The notes under the pieces: generated by a model
The model's input: only the letters and a program-made list of their open reading frames with translations
Told to the model about the DNA's origin: nothing
The model's database searches: none
In this document: positions 62,157 through 64,000 of the stretch, in pieces
How the letters are laid out: every line of letters begins with the position of its first letter
Position numbering within the stretch: position 1 is the first letter of the stretch
Assembly (NCBI GenBank): GCA_951406725.2
Contig: OX597821.1
Coordinates: 25,978,001 to 26,042,000, forward strand
Source of the DNA: Octopus vulgaris
Taxonomy: Eukaryota
Direction of reading: 5' to 3'
Length of the DNA stretch: 64,000 bases
Made by a program: the position numbers and the translations under genes

Positions 62157-63470
62157 GGATCTTTCCTGTTTTAGTTAAGGATCCGGTGTTTTTGAAATTT
62201 TCTATATAGATGTTGTTTTGCATATTAATTGCGAAAATCACATTGATTTTGTTGGAGAAATTAATAATAAAATATTATGAACCTGTAAAGATTGAAATTT
62301 TTGGAATTTTAGCCAATCAGAAGACACCATTATCAACATACCGGAAATCGGTTTTTGTGTTTTTATGAATAAAAAGACTTTAATGAAATGAACTTTTAAA
62401 GATGAAAAAATTTAATGAAATGGCAATCAGCTGCCAGGTGGTATGGTGGTGGTGGTGGTGGTGGTGGTAGTGGTAGTGGTGGTATGGTGGTGGTGGTGGT
62501 AGTGGTGGTTGTGGTTGTGGTAGTGGTGGTGGTGGTGGTGGTGGTGGTGGTGGTGGTGGTGGTGGTGGTATCGTGGTGGTGGTGGTGGTGGTAGTGGTGG
62601 TATGGTGGTGCTGGTGGTAGTGGTGGTATCGTGGTGGTGGTGGTGGTGGTAGTGGTGGTATGGTGGTGCTGGTGGTAGTGGTGGCTGTGGTGGTGGTGGT
62701 TGTGGTGGTGGTAGTGGTGGTTGTGGTGGTGGTAGTGGTGGTTGTGGTGGTGGTGCTGGTGGTAGTGGTGGTTGTGGTGGTGGTGGTAGTGGTGGTGGTG
62801 GTGGTGGTGGCGATTATGATAGTTGTAATGTTAGTGGTCGTAGTGATAAGATGGTGGTGGATGATAGTTGTGGTGGTGGTGGTGGTGATGATAGCTGTGA
62901 AGGCTGTAATGATGATGGCAATGGTGATGATGGTTGTGGTATTGACGACAGTGTTGTTAGTTGTGGTAGCAATGATAACGGCAATGATAAAACGGTAGTG
63001 GTAGCAATGATAACAGCGGCGGTGCAGATGGCGATGACGGTGTACAATGGTGGTGGTGATGGAGGTGATGATGTGAAATTGGACAATGATGGCGACGCTG
63101 ACTCGCGAATTGCAACCTGTTAGCAAAAAAAAAAAAATTCTTTGCAGTGTGTATTTCCACAATTTCATTGTTGATCGTCAATATATGTCAATTACGATTT
63201 CCGCTATGTCACAAATGGAGGGTTATGATTGGTTAAAGTTACCAAAAATTTTTAGTCTTTACAAAGTTCGTCCCTTTTTTTAATATCAATTTCTCAAAAA
63301 AAAAAAAGAAATAAAGAAAGAAAGGAAGGCAGGAAGGAAGGAAGGAAGGAAGAAAGAAAGAAATGAAAAAAAGAAAGAAATGAATGTGATTTTCGTAATT
63401 AGCATGCAAAACTACATCTGCGTAGAAAATGTCTCAAAATCAAATTCTGTTATTCAACCGATAAAGATCC
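62157..63470. mobile_element. Long-TIR GGATCTTT-ended element (Mutator-like?) containing a (GGT)n array
   Basis: 62157-62320 is an imperfect inverted repeat of 63228-63470, interrupted by a GAAA/GGAA run. Confidence 0.6.
62436..63075. repeat. (GGT)n/(GAT)n trinucleotide array
   Basis: Direct reading. Confidence 0.95.
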
Positions 63471-63811
63471 CAGGAGTTTACATGCAGACTGCTTTGTTTT
63501 TGTAAAACATTGAGACCGTACTACTCTGTCCTGTAAATGAAACTATACTGCTTCGCACGACAGTCAAACTGTTTTGTGTCACACTGAGACTGGACTGTTC
63601 TCCATCATAACGAAAACTGTGCTGTTCTCTACAACAGAGAGACTTTACTGTACCATACAGACGTATTATTTTGCATCACATTGCAACTGAACTGTTCTGT
63701 ACAATATTGAGGTTGTACTGCAGTATTCTACACTCATGCTATACTACAAGAATTCAGTGTGCTACAATGTTGTATCGTATTGATACCGTATTGCTCTGTG
63801 AAGAAATGGAG

Positions 63812-64000
63812 AGATCTTTTCGGTTTGAACGGCAATTTTTTTCTAGCGGTGTCATATGAAATTGTCACCCATAATTATGACCCTAGTATCGATCTATTGC
63901 ATTTCAATCTGTTTTAGGGTTAGGGTTAGAGTTAAGGTTAGGGGTGGGGGGAAGGGAATCTTTTTTTCTTCACAAATGTAAATAAACCCATTCTGTTTCT
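63812..64000. mobile_element. GGATC-ended MITE, cut by the window edge
   Basis: Left TIR and TTAGGG block as in 55530-55690. Confidence 0.9.

Noticed and set aside
6517-63181. Long low-complexity ORFs ([12 protein letters not shown], poly-V/T/P/S)
   Set aside because: They are translations of microsatellites.

Overview
Repeat-dense, AT-rich eukaryotic DNA. The SINE, RTE-LINE and microsatellite make-up suggests an octopus/coleoid cephalopod (inference). The only host gene I can support is ATG10 (autophagy E2-like enzyme) on the + strand: three exons at 24376-24473, 25449-25537 and 32565-32658, all missed by the ORF track, including the catalytic HPC motif. I found no 5' exons in the first 24 kb. 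Almost everything else is mobile DNA: two abundant SINE families, modular tRNA-headed SINEs, RTE LINEs (one family with a PHD finger inside the RT), an R4/Dong-like remnant, CR1-like and Tx1-like ends, a fragmented Helitron, a mariner remnant, piggyBac-, Tc2-, hAT- and mariner-type MITEs, and a GGATC-ended 8-bp-TSD MITE carrying TTAGGG repeats. Two CpG-rich unique segments (about 41.8-42.6 kb and 49.3-49.65 kb) look regulatory. Most listed ORFs are microsatellite or SINE artefacts. I see no clearly new biological system; the PHD-in-RT retrotransposon and the telomere-repeat MITE are the best leads. Repeat boundaries without a stated TSD are approximate.
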